From Carcharhinus longimanus (lineage: Eukaryota), in the NCBI GenBank assembly GCA_030264375.1, contig JASCQW010000099.1:75127551-75189989 (forward strand): DNA of 62,439 nt. The letters run 5' to 3'. Below are positions 11,405-23,879 of this stretch, in pieces. Below the pieces are notes generated by a model. It saw only the letters and a program-made list of their open reading frames with translations, was not told the DNA's origin and did no database searches. The position numbers and the translations under genes are program-made. How positions within the stretch are numbered: position 1 is the first letter of the stretch; each line of letters opens with the position of its first letter.

Positions 11405-12320
11405 GAATTGGAAATTACACAGAATTTACAGCACAGAAACAGGCTATCTGAACCAACCAGTCCATGCCATTCTTCATGCTCCACTCAAACTTTGACTAGC
11501 TAACGGCATACCCTCTATTTCTTTCTTCCTCATACATTTAGGTAACTTCCCCTTAAATACATCCATATTAAATACCATTTACCATGCCATTAAATATATA
11601 CCATTTGCCTTAGCTACCCTACATGGTAGCAAGTTCCACATTTGCACCACTGTCTTTGGTAAAGAGATTTCTTTTAAATTTCCTATTTGATTTTTTGAGA
11701 GTGTCATATTGATGACCTCTAGCTTTTCACTTCCTCATAACTGGAAACACATTCACTATCTCTTTTTGCCAATTCCATCTTTAAAGATGGACATTAGGTC
11801 ACTCTTCAGTCTTATCTTTTCAAGAGAAGAGATTCAGCCTATCCTGATAAGCATAACCTCACAATTCTAATCACACGCTTGGCAAACAGCAGAATTACCA
11901 TTGCTGAATTTCGTACCAACATCTTGGTCATTACTGACCAGAAATTTAACTAGGCCAGCTATATAAATATCATGGCTACAAGATCAGGTCAGAAGTTGAG
12001 AATCCTGCAGTGAGTAGCTCACTTCTTGACTCCCCAAAGCCTGTCTTAACAGCTACAAGGCACAAGGATGTGATGGAATACTTCCCACTTGTCTGGATGA
12101 GTGCAGCTCCAAAACGATCAAGAAACTCAACACCATCCAGGACAAAGCATATCATACACCAACTTCCATGTCCACTCCCTCCACTACAGCAGCAGCAGCG
12201 CATGCCACCTTACTGCAGCACCTCATTAAGGATCCATCAACAGCACCATCTAAACCTGTTACTCGACCATTTAGAAGAAGGGCATCAGGTTTAAGGGAAT
12301 ACCACCCATTGCACATTCTC
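11405..12320. mobile_element. Decayed CR1 (minus, to about 11870) followed by a CR1/L2-group fragment (plus)
   Basis: CR1-like tail and ORF2 remnants, then the VMEYFPLVWMSAAP motif at about 12070. Confidence 0.6.
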
Positions 12321-12380
12321 CTCCAAGACAGGTGTGCGGTTAGGTGGGGTGCAGTAGGTGTTGTGGGGACAGAAATACAA

Positions 12381-13026
12381 ATCTCAAGGAGGTTTGAATT
12401 CAGGATTGAGGAAGTGATTGCTTTTGTGTAGATCCTTGTGTCCCATTTGGACATGATGGGGGGAATTTTCCCATCCCACCCGCCACAGGAATCGTTGTGG
12501 GCAGACCACACAAAGTCTGTTGACCTCAGGTGGGATTTTCCAGTTTTGGGGTGAGCCTGATTTCTAGTATCTTTTGTGTGCGGGGGGGAAAGAAAGCTTT
12601 CTGATTTCACTCTGAAATGGCCTTGCTCTAATTTAAATTTTACTCTCTCGTGTTCTGGATTTACTCACAATATTTTTATTTTATAATTTTAAACAGCTTG
12701 ATGGAGACATCCTCAAGGCAATACAAATCATGTTTATGAAATCTGTCATCATTATTCAACCCTTTAAATCCCAATATTATTCTGCTGAATTTGCATCGTA
12801 TCCACTCCAATATAACCCGTCTGAGATGTGGGCTGGGATTTTCTGGCCATGCTCACCCCAAAACTGAAAAATCCTACCTGAGGTCAACAGACTTTGTGTG
12901 GTCTGCCCACAACGATTCCTGTGGCGGGTGGGATGGGAAAATACCCCCCATCATGTCCAAATAGGACACAAGGATCTACACAAAAGCAATCACTTCCTCA
13001 ATCCTGAATTCAAACCTCCTTGAGAT
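12381..13026. repeat. 176-bp inverted repeat (12381-12556 and 12851-13026)
   Basis: The arms are reverse complements with only a few mismatches, separated by a 294-bp spacer. Confidence 0.93.
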
Positions 13027-13659
13027 AAAGGCCAACATTCCATTAGTTTTTTTGATTACTTTGCATTCTTGTGCACTAGCTTTTAGTGATTTGTGTACAC
13101 AGACACCTAAACTCCACCACTTTCAGTCTTGCATCAAAATATTTAATCATCTTTCTTGGATCCGAAGTGGATGATCTCACATTTCCCCACAATGAACTCC
13201 AATTTTCAACATTTTGCTTACTCATTTTAGTTAGTTTCCATCCCTTAGTACTTTCCACCTCCCATCTACACAATTTACAGTGCTTTCTATTCAAAGAATG
13301 TGTTTTAGTTTGTTTGGTGAGGAAGAATTGGGGCCAGCAGGAGGGGAGGAAAGACAGAAGCATCTAAAAAGAAGCTTATCTGCTATGAAAGGGGAGCTGT
13401 GAGAAAGCTCATTTGGTTTTTTTCAAGATGCTATAATGTTTTTCAGGGTTCCTATCCCAGATTAAACCTGATGGAAAAGTGAAAAAAGTGTTTCAAAATT
13501 TGTAATCATAAACTTCCATCACCCTCCACACACTCACCAGGGGAGAAAGATTTTGGCATAATACTACTACCAGCTACCTGCACAGCATTCTTCAAGAACA
13601 ATGTTATAACTGGCGCTATGTGAATGAATTCCTAGCTCTCAATTTCCAAAAGCACCAAG

Positions 13660-14320
13660 ACAGAATCACAGAAACCACACAAAAGTTAGGGTTCAGAAAG
13701 AGGCCATTCAGACCATCATGTGTACGCAAGCCAAAAAATAAATAGAAACTAGCCTCTCATTTTAATCCTATTTTCCTACTCCATAGCCATTGCAGGTTAC
13801 CACCCTTCAGGTATAGATTCTTGTACCTTTTAAACGAATTGAGCATCTCTGCTGCAACCAATTTGGGCAGTGAATTCCAGACGCTCACCATCCTCTGGGT
13901 GAGGAAGCTTTTTGTCATATGCGCTCTAATCATTCTGCTAATCTATGCCTCCTAGTATTTGGTCCTCAGCTAGAGCCAACAAATCTTTCCTGTTTACACA
14001 ATCTAGGCCCCTCATAATTTTGCATACCTCAATTAGGTCACCATTCAGTTTCCTCTGTTCTAAGGAAAGCAACACTAGCCTATCCACTTTTTCCTCTGAA
14101 CTGCAATTTTCAAGCCCTGGCAACATTCTGGTAAATCTCCTCTGTAATCTCTCCACAGCAATTACATTGTTCCTGTAATGTGATGACTAGAACTGTAGCA
14201 AGATTCCAGCTGTAGCCTGACCAACATTACATCCTTGCTTTTGTATTTGATACCTCACCCAATAAAGGAAAGGATTCCATAGCTTTCTTTACCACCTTAT
14301 CCACCTGCCCTGCCACATTC
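13660..14320 (-). mobile_element. CR1 LINE 3' fragment
   Basis: ERLQRRFTRMLPGLE…LLSLEQRKLNGDLIEVCKIMRG, the CR1 ORF2 C-terminus. Confidence 0.85.
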
Positions 14321-15185
14321 CCAATCATATGCAAGCGCTACCCAAAAATCACAAATAGAACACAGAGCTAGTGTTCATTGTAGAGAATCTGGTCTGCTGG
14401 AAGACAGAGAATACACTTCAGGCCCTTATATTAATTAAAAAGATACAGGGCCTTAAAAGCTCATCCTCAATGTGATTTACCTCTAGGTTGGTTCATTATC
14501 CTGCAGCAATTTTACATTCCAGCTTTAGGGTCCATTAATGACTTTAGTTCCCCTAATTAGCTGTCCTATACATCACTAGAGACTTCAATTATTACAGATG
14601 TTAAGAAACCAAGTAATTTATTTCGAAGATGAGGCATGTCATTCCACGAAGGATGTGAGGGTTTCTCCCAATACCAAAAACTTCAGTGACTATATGTCTA
14701 GTTTATTTTTTCATTTAGTAAAAAGGCTCACTAACTGTACCAGATCTATGAAGATAAAAGCACAGCATGAATGCTGCTGCTTCCCATCCAAAGAGAATGC
14801 CATGCATATGTGAGAGAAAAAGAAGAACAACTTTTTGTGGAGAATAGGAAGTCAGGTGACTTATTACATAAGTTTACATTATAAACCTCTTTCTACTAGC
14901 AGTGCTGTGATGAAACATATCTGCTTGAGAGTGAAACACAAGGTATGGTATACATTGTATTAACAATGAATTGGTTAAAAGGTAGTTAATTAGAATGTCT
15001 GGGAAGGTGGTAAGCATGCATGAAATCCCTTCATTAGCATAACTCTCTCCCACTATCCAAGTAATAAATCCTTTTGCATCATGTTAAATGAGCAGGATAC
15101 CAGTTCCTAAGAACTGTATAAATATACAAGTTTTAGTTACATTAAACATCCCAGAGCCCCCTGTTCTTCAGACAAATACACAAAC

Positions 15186-15213
15186 CTCAGTCAATCCAGC
15201 CTTTATACGAGCG
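15186..15213 (-). CDS. FEZ2: Candidate 28-nt alternative FEZ2 microexon with in-frame stop (…ILKALV*)
   Basis: About 94-nt AG-free U-rich tract, branch-like CCTGAC (15245-15250), tgtgctag|CG CTC GTA TAA ... CTGAG|gtttgt. Phase 1 matches the preceding exon. Confidence 0.55.
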
Positions 15214-16129
15214 CTAGCACAACAAAAAAGCAAAACAAAGAAAAGTCAGGTAAAAGAGGAAAGAAAATGTAAATTCAACAGAAACAAAAATCAACAAAAG
15301 AAAAAAAATCTGAAGAGAATTAAAGACCAAAACAGTTTTTCAATCCACTTTACCACTGTTATTAAATTCATTTAGGTGACTTTGAGTTTATTAGTGTCAC
15401 AAATGATCTTTCAATTTTGAAGTGAATCCCCACTGGAACTATATACCTCCATGTGGTCAGTTATGTTCTCAAACAGAAAGGAAGCCAAAGCTTAGTTCTG
15501 GACCTTCCACACTAATCACCAGAAATGGTCAACAGGGAGCCCATAGGTGTAAAATGGAATAAATGTTAACTATCTCTATTCATGGGCAGCTCAGTTCTCT
15601 AAAGCTGTACCGTCTGATTGCTAACCTGAAAGGTTGCATGGTTGTCATAACCAAAGCTGAGTTGTTAAATAGGCTACAGACTCAAACCTGTATTCTGGGA
15701 GAAAATCACACTCTTCCTATCACCATAATGACTAATGGATTAGTCTGATATTAATTTTACAACTGCTTTTGAACATCCATACACTTAGGATCTTTGCAAT
15801 TCTGTTTGGTGAGTTTTTTTTTATAAGATATTTTGAACACCTTTAAAGAATGACTTCTGAAGCACTTCTATTCGGAAATATCTTCTGGATTATCAATTAC
15901 TTTCAACAATTCAAAGAAGTTCTGAACTGGATTTAAAAATGTTCCTTTACATGTATTAAATCTCACTGAATGACTCTATGGAGGTGATCACCCTCCCACC
16001 TCTTGCTTTTACTCAAGCACACTTGCTTCCCAGGTACAAGGCATGGTAAGGAGGGAGGGCCCTCAAATGCTGGGTTTACACCTCTTTGTTTTGCCCTCGT
16101 AATTGCTGGGGGTTCCCTGATGGAGTTTG

Positions 16130-16860
16130 CTCTCACAGAATTGTAACAGTGCAGAAGGCCATTTCGCTGATCATGTCTGCACCAACTCTCTGAACAAACT
16201 CATCTTGTGCTATTTCTCTGCCTTCTCCCCATAATCCTGCACATTCCTCCTTTTCTGATAACAGTGTAAGTCCCCCTTGAATGCTTTAATTGAACCTGCC
16301 TTTACCACACTCTCAGGCAGTGCATTCCAAACCCTAATCAACCACTGCGTGAAAATATTTTTCCTCATTTGACTTTCGCTTCTTTTGCCAATTACTTTAA
16401 ATTTGTGTCTCATCTTTGAATTTGTATTCTTGATCTTTTCATGACTGGAAATAGTTTCTCCTTGGCTACTCTGACCAGATCCCTTAAAATTTTGAATACC
16501 TTTATCAAATCTTTCAGCCTATTTTCTCTGAGGAAAACAGTCCTAACCTCCCCCATCTACTTTCATAACTGAAGTTTCTCATACCTGGAGCCATTCTCAT
16601 GAATCTGTCCTGCACTCTCTCTAAATCTTGCACATATTTCCTAAAGAGTGATGCCTAAAACTGGACACTCTACTCTAATTGAGGCCAAACTTGTGACTTA
16701 CAAAAGTTTAACATAAACTCCTTGCTCTGGTACTCTATATCCCCATTAGTATTGCCCAAGATACCGTATGCTTTATTAATCATGCTCTCAACCTGACCAT
16801 CTTCACTGATTTATGTATGTGTATATATATCCAGGTTCCTTAGCTCCTGCATCCACTTCC
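16130..16860 (-). mobile_element. CR1 LINE 3' fragment
   Basis: RKNIFTQWLIRVWNALPESVVKAGSIKAFK, the CR1 ORF2 C-terminus. Confidence 0.85.
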
Positions 16861-18876
16861 AGTCTGAGAAAATCCAAGGCCCAAGTCCTGAAGGCAGTGA
16901 AAAGGTAAGTCTTTTCTTTTTACAAGACTAAGAAGACGGCCATTATGACTGGAGGTCTTCCAATTAGTCATCTTGGACAGCCATCAACAGCCCAGAGCTG
17001 GTGGCTGTTACGTCAGGGTAATATTGGACATTTCTGTTCTCATTTCTGGATACACCCCTGCACTCCGGGAAGGTCAAACCAATGAAGAAAGCTTTAATCT
17101 CCAGAACTGCATGCAGCTTCAAGTCAGGTCAGGTAGAATGCACCTTGGGTATAGGTAGGCTGGGGGTGGGTATTCAATGAATGTTGTAAAGGCGATCTAT
17201 AAGAATTTTCCTTAAAAATTGAAGTGCCATCCCAGCCCTAACCATGAGGTTGAAAACACTGGCTAAATGATTAGACATAGGCCATATTTCCAGAAGTCAA
17301 TTGCAAAACTATCACTGACTGAATTATCCATTTCCACAGGTTCACAACAACAATGGGGGGAACAAATCCATCTGTCTACGTGGTACAATTTTCTATGAAG
17401 TGTATTTAGCTTTCTACTCTGTTCTTTTACTTTTTATTAATCATTTTTCTCTTTATCTTCATTGTCATGTGTTGAACAATTAGTTAGCTTGCTGTAATGT
17501 GTCTGAAGAGTAACTTAACAATGGCAAATTTGCTTACAGCAAATCAGTGCTGTAATCAGAGCTTTTTGTTGTACACCTATAGGCAATGAAGGTTGCTTAG
17601 TAACATGCCATATTGTTTCCAGATAATGCACATTGTGTGTGTAGCATGCAGAGAAAGGCTTTGTGTTTGTAGCGCTGTCACAGGATGAAAACCCTTCAAA
17701 TGAAATTTCTCTGCTACAAGCTTTCACTTTGACAACAATCTAGTTACATTTTAAGTTGTATTCATGAATAACAATTAATAAATTATTTCTAGTTTGGAAG
17801 GAAATAAAACCAGAAAGGAAAGAAGAGGAAGAGCATGCGGTAATTAATGTATTTGATGCCCTCAAGCTTTACAGGCACAGAATCACTTCTGAATGGTCAC
17901 CCCAATTTTTATATGCAAGTTGAAGGCATGGTCATCCCTCATGATTTACTGGTCATTAGTGCTGGAAAATAAAACATCTTTTCATCTGAACATGCAGTGT
18001 AAGCATTAGACACTACTAGATCAGTTATAGAATGAGCAAGATACACAGTATATCTATTAACATGTCCCAATAATAAACTCAGATCCAATTTTAGAAAGGA
18101 TCCTATAAAAATGTACTTAGCTGCCTGAGTAACAATATTACCAGCATACATTAATCATTGTCACCAAAAATATCCACAGCAATTCTTCAGATTACCCTCC
18201 ATTATTTTAGAGGAGTCTCTGAGGAATCACCATTTCATGGGATAACTCTGAACTTCTGGCCAACGGAGATTGGGGAAACCCCATGCAAATTTTGCCTAAA
18301 TGTAAGCACTTTACATGGCAATATAGTACTCAAACAGGTCTTGCACAAATTCCAGTTAATATTAGTTGGCAACACAGCAAGTGTTTTAATGTCACTGTGT
18401 TCATCATTTATTGGCAAAAATGGTTTGCCAAACACCTCCATGAACATATGGACTGTTTAACATCCAAGAAGATATCACTAGTTTACCTTTCTGACCTGGT
18501 AAAAGATGCAAGATAGTGATCTATCAGAATGCTTTCAATAGTCTTAGATTTTAGTAGGCCATTAGTTCTAAGTATAGTCACCAGATCTTGATTTTACATT
18601 TGGCTGATGCACAACCAAAATCTTAATTAAAGTATCTCACGTTATCAAATACAGCAAATTTTAGTCTTCTGCCTGTACTAACAAATGCTGACAGTCTCAA
18701 TATAGGTCAGAATCGCACCATACGTTTTGAATAAAGGAATTAGTTGAAGCATGTTAGAGATCATTGCAATAAATTTCAAAGCAGATATAAGACAATATCA
18801 AAGTACAGACCAAATTTATCAGCAATTTACTTATTAATGGATCAGTGAACAATTTAGAAAGTAATTCTGCACTAAC

Positions 18877-18942
18877 CTTTCAGAATGTAATCTGTCAGCA
18901 AGCTTGGCACTCTCTCACTATCTTCCTTCATTGCCTGAAGGA
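18877..18942 (-). CDS. FEZ2: FEZ2 penultimate coding exon (66 nt)
   Basis: (I)LQAMKEDSERVPSLLTDYILK plus G. Acceptor ctccttttaag|TC, donor AAG|gttagt, phase 1/1. Confidence 0.96.
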
Positions 18943-19813
18943 CTTAAAAGGAGATGCCAACAATTAGATTTCCAAATTAACGCTTTCTTAACTCAGGAAA
19001 AGCTAAGTACAATAGGCAAAGAACAGAGATCTTTTGCAATATTTTAAATAATCAGAGGACTAAACACATAGCAGTCGCAACTATAAAGTACAAACTATTT
19101 AAATGGAAATGGGCATGAATAAATGCACTGTATCAGTAATTGTTTTGTGCTCACTATTTTAGCAACAAACAATAATACATTAAAACTGCAGGTTGATTCA
19201 GATTTAGCCTCTAAATACATAAGCCCTTTTTGTAGTAAATATCATGAAGCATAAATCAGGAACAACATAAACCAGATAAGACCAATAAACCAATTTCATG
19301 GGACTATCTTTTGTACCATAATGGTGCCAGAGATATGTCCAGTGCTGTCCTGGACCACCAATTCAACTGCACCGAATGGGCTACCTGAAATTTTAATGGG
19401 ACAATATTTGGGAACAGTGAACCTAGTTCGCAAATATGTTTCTAGTTAATTCAAACACGGTGCACTTTCAGTCAGCAATGCTTTGAACCATTGGTCCTTT
19501 CTGTCTTTAGGACCATCTACTGGCAGCACCCATCATAAAGGCCACCTAATGCTATGTATACTATCCACTTCTGTATACCAATTTAGGGTCATCAAATTAC
19601 AGCTTAAGTTCTGCCACTTACTTGAATTGGTTTTAGCTCACTAACATGAGTAATTAGACACAATTGAACAAGGGTAATTCAATCTGCTCCCAGTAAATTA
19701 TGAGAATAAAAAAACATAATAATTTATTAGAAATAATGGTAAAATAAATTCTTCTCTCAGTGTTTTCAGAGTTCAGTTTAACATTTGGAATCTATAAAAT
19801 CATTTATACTCAC

Positions 19814-19889
19814 TTTTGGTCAAGATTTGAAGATCTTCTACAGATGGTGGGCCAGCCTTTTTCTCATAAGGAATGACTGTTGTCAAATA
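19814..19889 (-). CDS. FEZ2: FEZ2 coding exon (76 nt)
   Basis: YLTTVIPYEKKAGPPSVEDLQILTK plus 1 nt. Acceptor ttttatgacag|TAT, donor AAAA|gtgagt. Confidence 0.96.
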
Positions 19890-20374
19890 CTGTCATAAAA
19901 AGAGTGAAATAGATGGTAGTGATCTGCCATGTATAACATTAGGATATAACTGGTAACACAAGTTGCACTTATCCATCAAATCCGTCTGAATCACCACTGG
20001 CTGCAGGCTAAAGCCAGTGGGAGGAGAGGCTGAGGGAAAGCTTCTAGTAATGTCCAATCATACTAAATTCAATTACACCATTACATGCTTTTTACTCAGA
20101 CACTGGTAAATGTCAAATTAGCATCTGACATTAAACATCAAGCCTTCAAAATTCACCAAACATGCAGGTAAATAACTATCATACATCATAGTTGTTACTG
20201 CACCTGAACAGCACGATAGCAGACAGACAATATACTCAGGAGGTATTCCTCCACACGGAACAATGAGAAAAGAGGATGCATGAATTTATAACCACTGAAG
20301 GGCCATAATGACAGAGTGTCGTCAATTTATTCAGAGGATTGATAAGTACCATACAGTATGTACAGCTGCACAGA

Positions 20375-22600
20375 ATTGACAATCATTCCTCTCTGGTCAC
20401 AGGAGAGGTGCTGGAGCTCTGGAGGACAGCCAATGTGGCACCATTATTCAAGGAGGAAGGAAGGAAGGGACAAACCAGGGAAAAATACAAGCCAGTCAGT
20501 CTAACCTCAGTGTTGGGTAAATTATTGGAGGCAATTCTGAGAACGGAATTGGAGAGGCAAGGATTAATCAAGAACAATCAGCTTGGTTTTGTTAAGGGGT
20601 GGTCATGTCTGACCAACAATTGAATTTTTTGAAGAGGTGACCAGGTGTGTAGATGAGGGCAATGCATTTGACTTGGACTTCAGCAAGGCTTTTGACAAGG
20701 TAAGATAACTTCACATTTATCCACATTAACTGCCACTCCCCTAGCCAAGCACTTCCAGTACAGTTACAACACTGACATTTACCTGAAAATGTGCAAAATT
20801 GCCCAGGTATGTCCTGTACACAAAACAGGACAAATCCAACCTGGCCAATCACTGCCCCCTTCCATCCAGTCTTGATCATCAGTAAAGTGATGGAAAGGGT
20901 CATCAACAGTGCCATCAAACAGCTCCTGCTCAGCAATAACCTGCTCAGTGACGCCCAATTTGGGTTTCGCCAGGATCACTCAGCTCCTGACCTCATTATA
21001 GCCTTGGTTCAAACATGGACAGAACAGCTGAATTCTTGAGGTGAGGAATTAACTGTTGCAACGCACGTATTCATTCCTTAAATATTAGCCATTGCCTATC
21101 CACTGCCATAGCTTTTGATGAAGTTCCGCAATCTACTGTGACCAACTCATCCCTCATTGCTTCATAGTTTCCTTTGTTTAGATGTAGGACTCTAGTTTTG
21201 GATTGGACTACTTCACTTACAACCTAATGAAGAATTCCATCATCTTATGGTCACTGTTCCCTAAAGGACCCCTTACAACAAGATTATTAATCATTCTCAT
21301 TGCACAATATCAAATCTATGAGGGCCTGTTCCCTCATTGATTTCTTGGCGTACTGGTCTAAAAAAAATTCACACGCACTCCAGTAATCCATCTGCTACAA
21401 TACTATTGCTAACTTAACTTAATGTTGATTAAAGGCACTCATGATCACCGTAGCACCCTTGCTACACGCCTCTCTAATTTTCTGTTTATTGTTGTCCATT
21501 GCCTTACCACTATGTAGAATACCGAGTATTCCATCACACTCCAGACTTGTGCCTCATAAATGGGAGACAGTTTCTGGAGAATCAGGAAGCAATTTACTCG
21601 TCACAGGATCCCCAACTTCTCATATGCTCTTGTAACCACAGTATTAATGTGGCTAGTTCAGTTCAGTTTCTGCTCAATAATGACCCTCAGAACGTTAACA
21701 CTAGGGGACTCAGACGCCACTGCCATTGAATGTCAAAGGGCAATGGCTAGATCCTCTTTCTTGTTAGAGATGGTCATTGCCTGGTTACTTGTGTGGTGCA
21801 AATGTTACTTTTCACCTGTTAACCCAAGCCTGAATCCTGTCCCGATCCTGTGCCTGAATCCTGTCCCGGTCCTGTGCCACTTGATAGCACTGTTGATTAA
21901 CCCCTTCCCCCATTTTATTGAGATTGAGAGTATACCGATGGGGCAGTAATCAGCCAGGTTGAATCTGTACGGTTTCTTGTTTACGGAACATACCAAGGCA
22001 ATTTTCCATATTGCTAAGTAGAAATCAGTAGCTGTACTGGAACAGCTTGGCTAGGAGCTCAACAGGTTCTGGAAGTCTTTAGTACTAGAATATTGTCAGG
22101 GCCCATACCCTTTGCAGTATTCAGTGCTGTCAGTCATATCTTAATTTCATGTGCAGTTAAGCAAACTGGCTAAAGACTGGCACCTATGATGCTGCAGCCC
22201 CAGGAGGAGGCTGAGATGGACCATCCACCCAACACTCCTGGCTTAATATTGTTGCAAGTACTTCAACCTTATCTTTTGAACTAATGTGCTGGGCTCCCCA
22301 TCATTAAGTATGGGAATACTTGTGGAACCTCATCCTCCACTGAGTTTTTTAATTATCCACTGCTATTCATGACTGGATGTGGCAGAACTGGAGAGCTTAG
22401 ATCTGTTCTGTTATGGAACCACTTAGTTCTATCACTTGCTGCTTATGTTGTTTGGCTCGCAAATAGCCCCGTGTGGTAGCTTCACCAGGTTAACAACAAC
22501 TAATTTGTAGATTCGCCCGGTGCTCACTCACACCGCCCGTCTGCTCGCACCACCCGCCCGCTCACTCCCTCTCTTCAAGGTTGATTCCCTGGCTTGCACG
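20375..22600. mobile_element. Nested LINE cluster: CR1 RT (+, about 20375-20700), CR1/L2-group RT (+, 20700-21045), CR1-like piece (-), CR1/L2-group (-, 21500-22600)
   Basis: WRTANVAPLFK…YKPVSLTSVLGKLLE; IISKVMERVINSAIKQ…QFGFRQ; the minus-strand copy reads NLADYCPIGILSISIK. Confidence 0.8.
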
Positions 22601-23499
22601 TGTTTGACCTGATGCAATGAGACACTTCATGGAATCTGAAGTTAAAGTTGAGGACTCCCAGGATAACTCCATCCCAACTGCATACAACAGTGCTGCCATA
22701 CAGAGGGAACCTCAGTCTATTGTCCTGTTGAAAATATAGCACAAAGCACCTTCTTTTAGTATTGCACTGAGGTAGTGCCAACTTTAATCAAGGCATCAAA
22801 TTGTCAAGCTACATGTGGTTCAGCATTTACTATACGTTAAACAGCTCATGATTTTGCTTACTTTGTTGGACCATCTTTGAATTCATGGACAGTGCAAGGT
22901 GACATCAGGTCTGACCAATACAATTACGACAATTTTCTCACATATTGCCATTGCACTAATAGGAAATATTTTTATGCCAAAAATCATGAAAGAGGTGTAT
23001 TTCTTGTCAAATGAGACAACAACTTCAACATTTTTCAATAACATTCTTTGGTGAAATGAGGATGAAAATTACTTTCACATTTCATCAATAAGCAAAAGGC
23101 TAATGTAAACCTCAATGCACAATGTTTGATGCAATTTTCTACCCAGGAGACCTGATCAAACTATAATCCTGATCAAAGAATTCTTTTATTTATCAAATCA
23201 CTTCATATTCCCAACTATTCCCAAGTATTTATCAAGAAATAATTCTCAGCCAGTCAATTTAGTATTTTAATTATTTAACTTCACATGAAGACAAGAACTC
23301 TGGTTCTGTCATCTTTATATGAACGTGTCATGATTCAAAAAGGAACTGTGGCGTGAACAGCAAAACCCATCAAAGTATTATCTTTTGTGGCAGCTAATTC
23401 TAGATTTTGGCAATGCCCTGAGGGTGCTGAGTAAAGTCCAGGTGCTTCCTTATACTCAAATAATACAGTAATCTCACTGGCTATTAAACTCACTTCTAC

Positions 23500-23810
23500 G
23501 TGTAAGGGGCAGAAAGAGACATGGCAACAAGCAAACAAATTCCCACAAACAGCAATGTGATGATATCCTGCCTTTGCAAAGTTGATTGAGGAATAAACTT
23601 AGGCCAGAACACAGCAGAACCCTGCTGTTCTTCGAAATAGTGTCATGGCATCTTTTATGTCCACCTGATGTTTAACATCTCATCTGAAAAATAGCATCTA
23701 CGAGAGTACAGCACTCCCTCGGCACTGTATTAGAGTGTCAACTTTGATTTTTGTGCTCAAATTCTGGAGAGAGAAGTGAACCCAGAGCCTTCTAACTTGA
23801 TTAACACACA
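23500..23810 (-). mobile_element. Deu-domain SINE (SacSINE1/AmnSINE-related)
   Basis: Minus strand reads cagatgagatgttaaac..aggtggacataaaagatgccatgacactatttcgaagaacagcaggg...cacattgctgtttgtgggaa, matching the Deu domain as I recall it. Confidence 0.75.
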
Positions 23811-23879
23811 AATGCATTACAGTTGACTTCAGTATCTTCAGCCAAGAAAAGGCAATGTAAGCTTGGATTCCTGCTCCCA

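Noticed and set aside
10966-11484. 172-aa minus-strand ORF
   Set aside because: It crosses the last acceptor into the 3' UTR in a different frame from FEZ2 and starts in a CR1 tail, so it is most likely a chance ORF.
15275-15311. Alternative upstream acceptor (ttctcttcag) giving DFFSFVDFCFC*
   Set aside because: The would-be exon is the polypyrimidine tract itself. The acceptor at 15214-15215 has the better branch-point geometry. Not fully excluded.
21829-21878. 24-bp tandem duplication (cctgaatcctgtccc.atcctgtg twice)
   Set aside because: Real, but it is an ordinary slippage or repair scar at a deletion junction inside a dead LINE.
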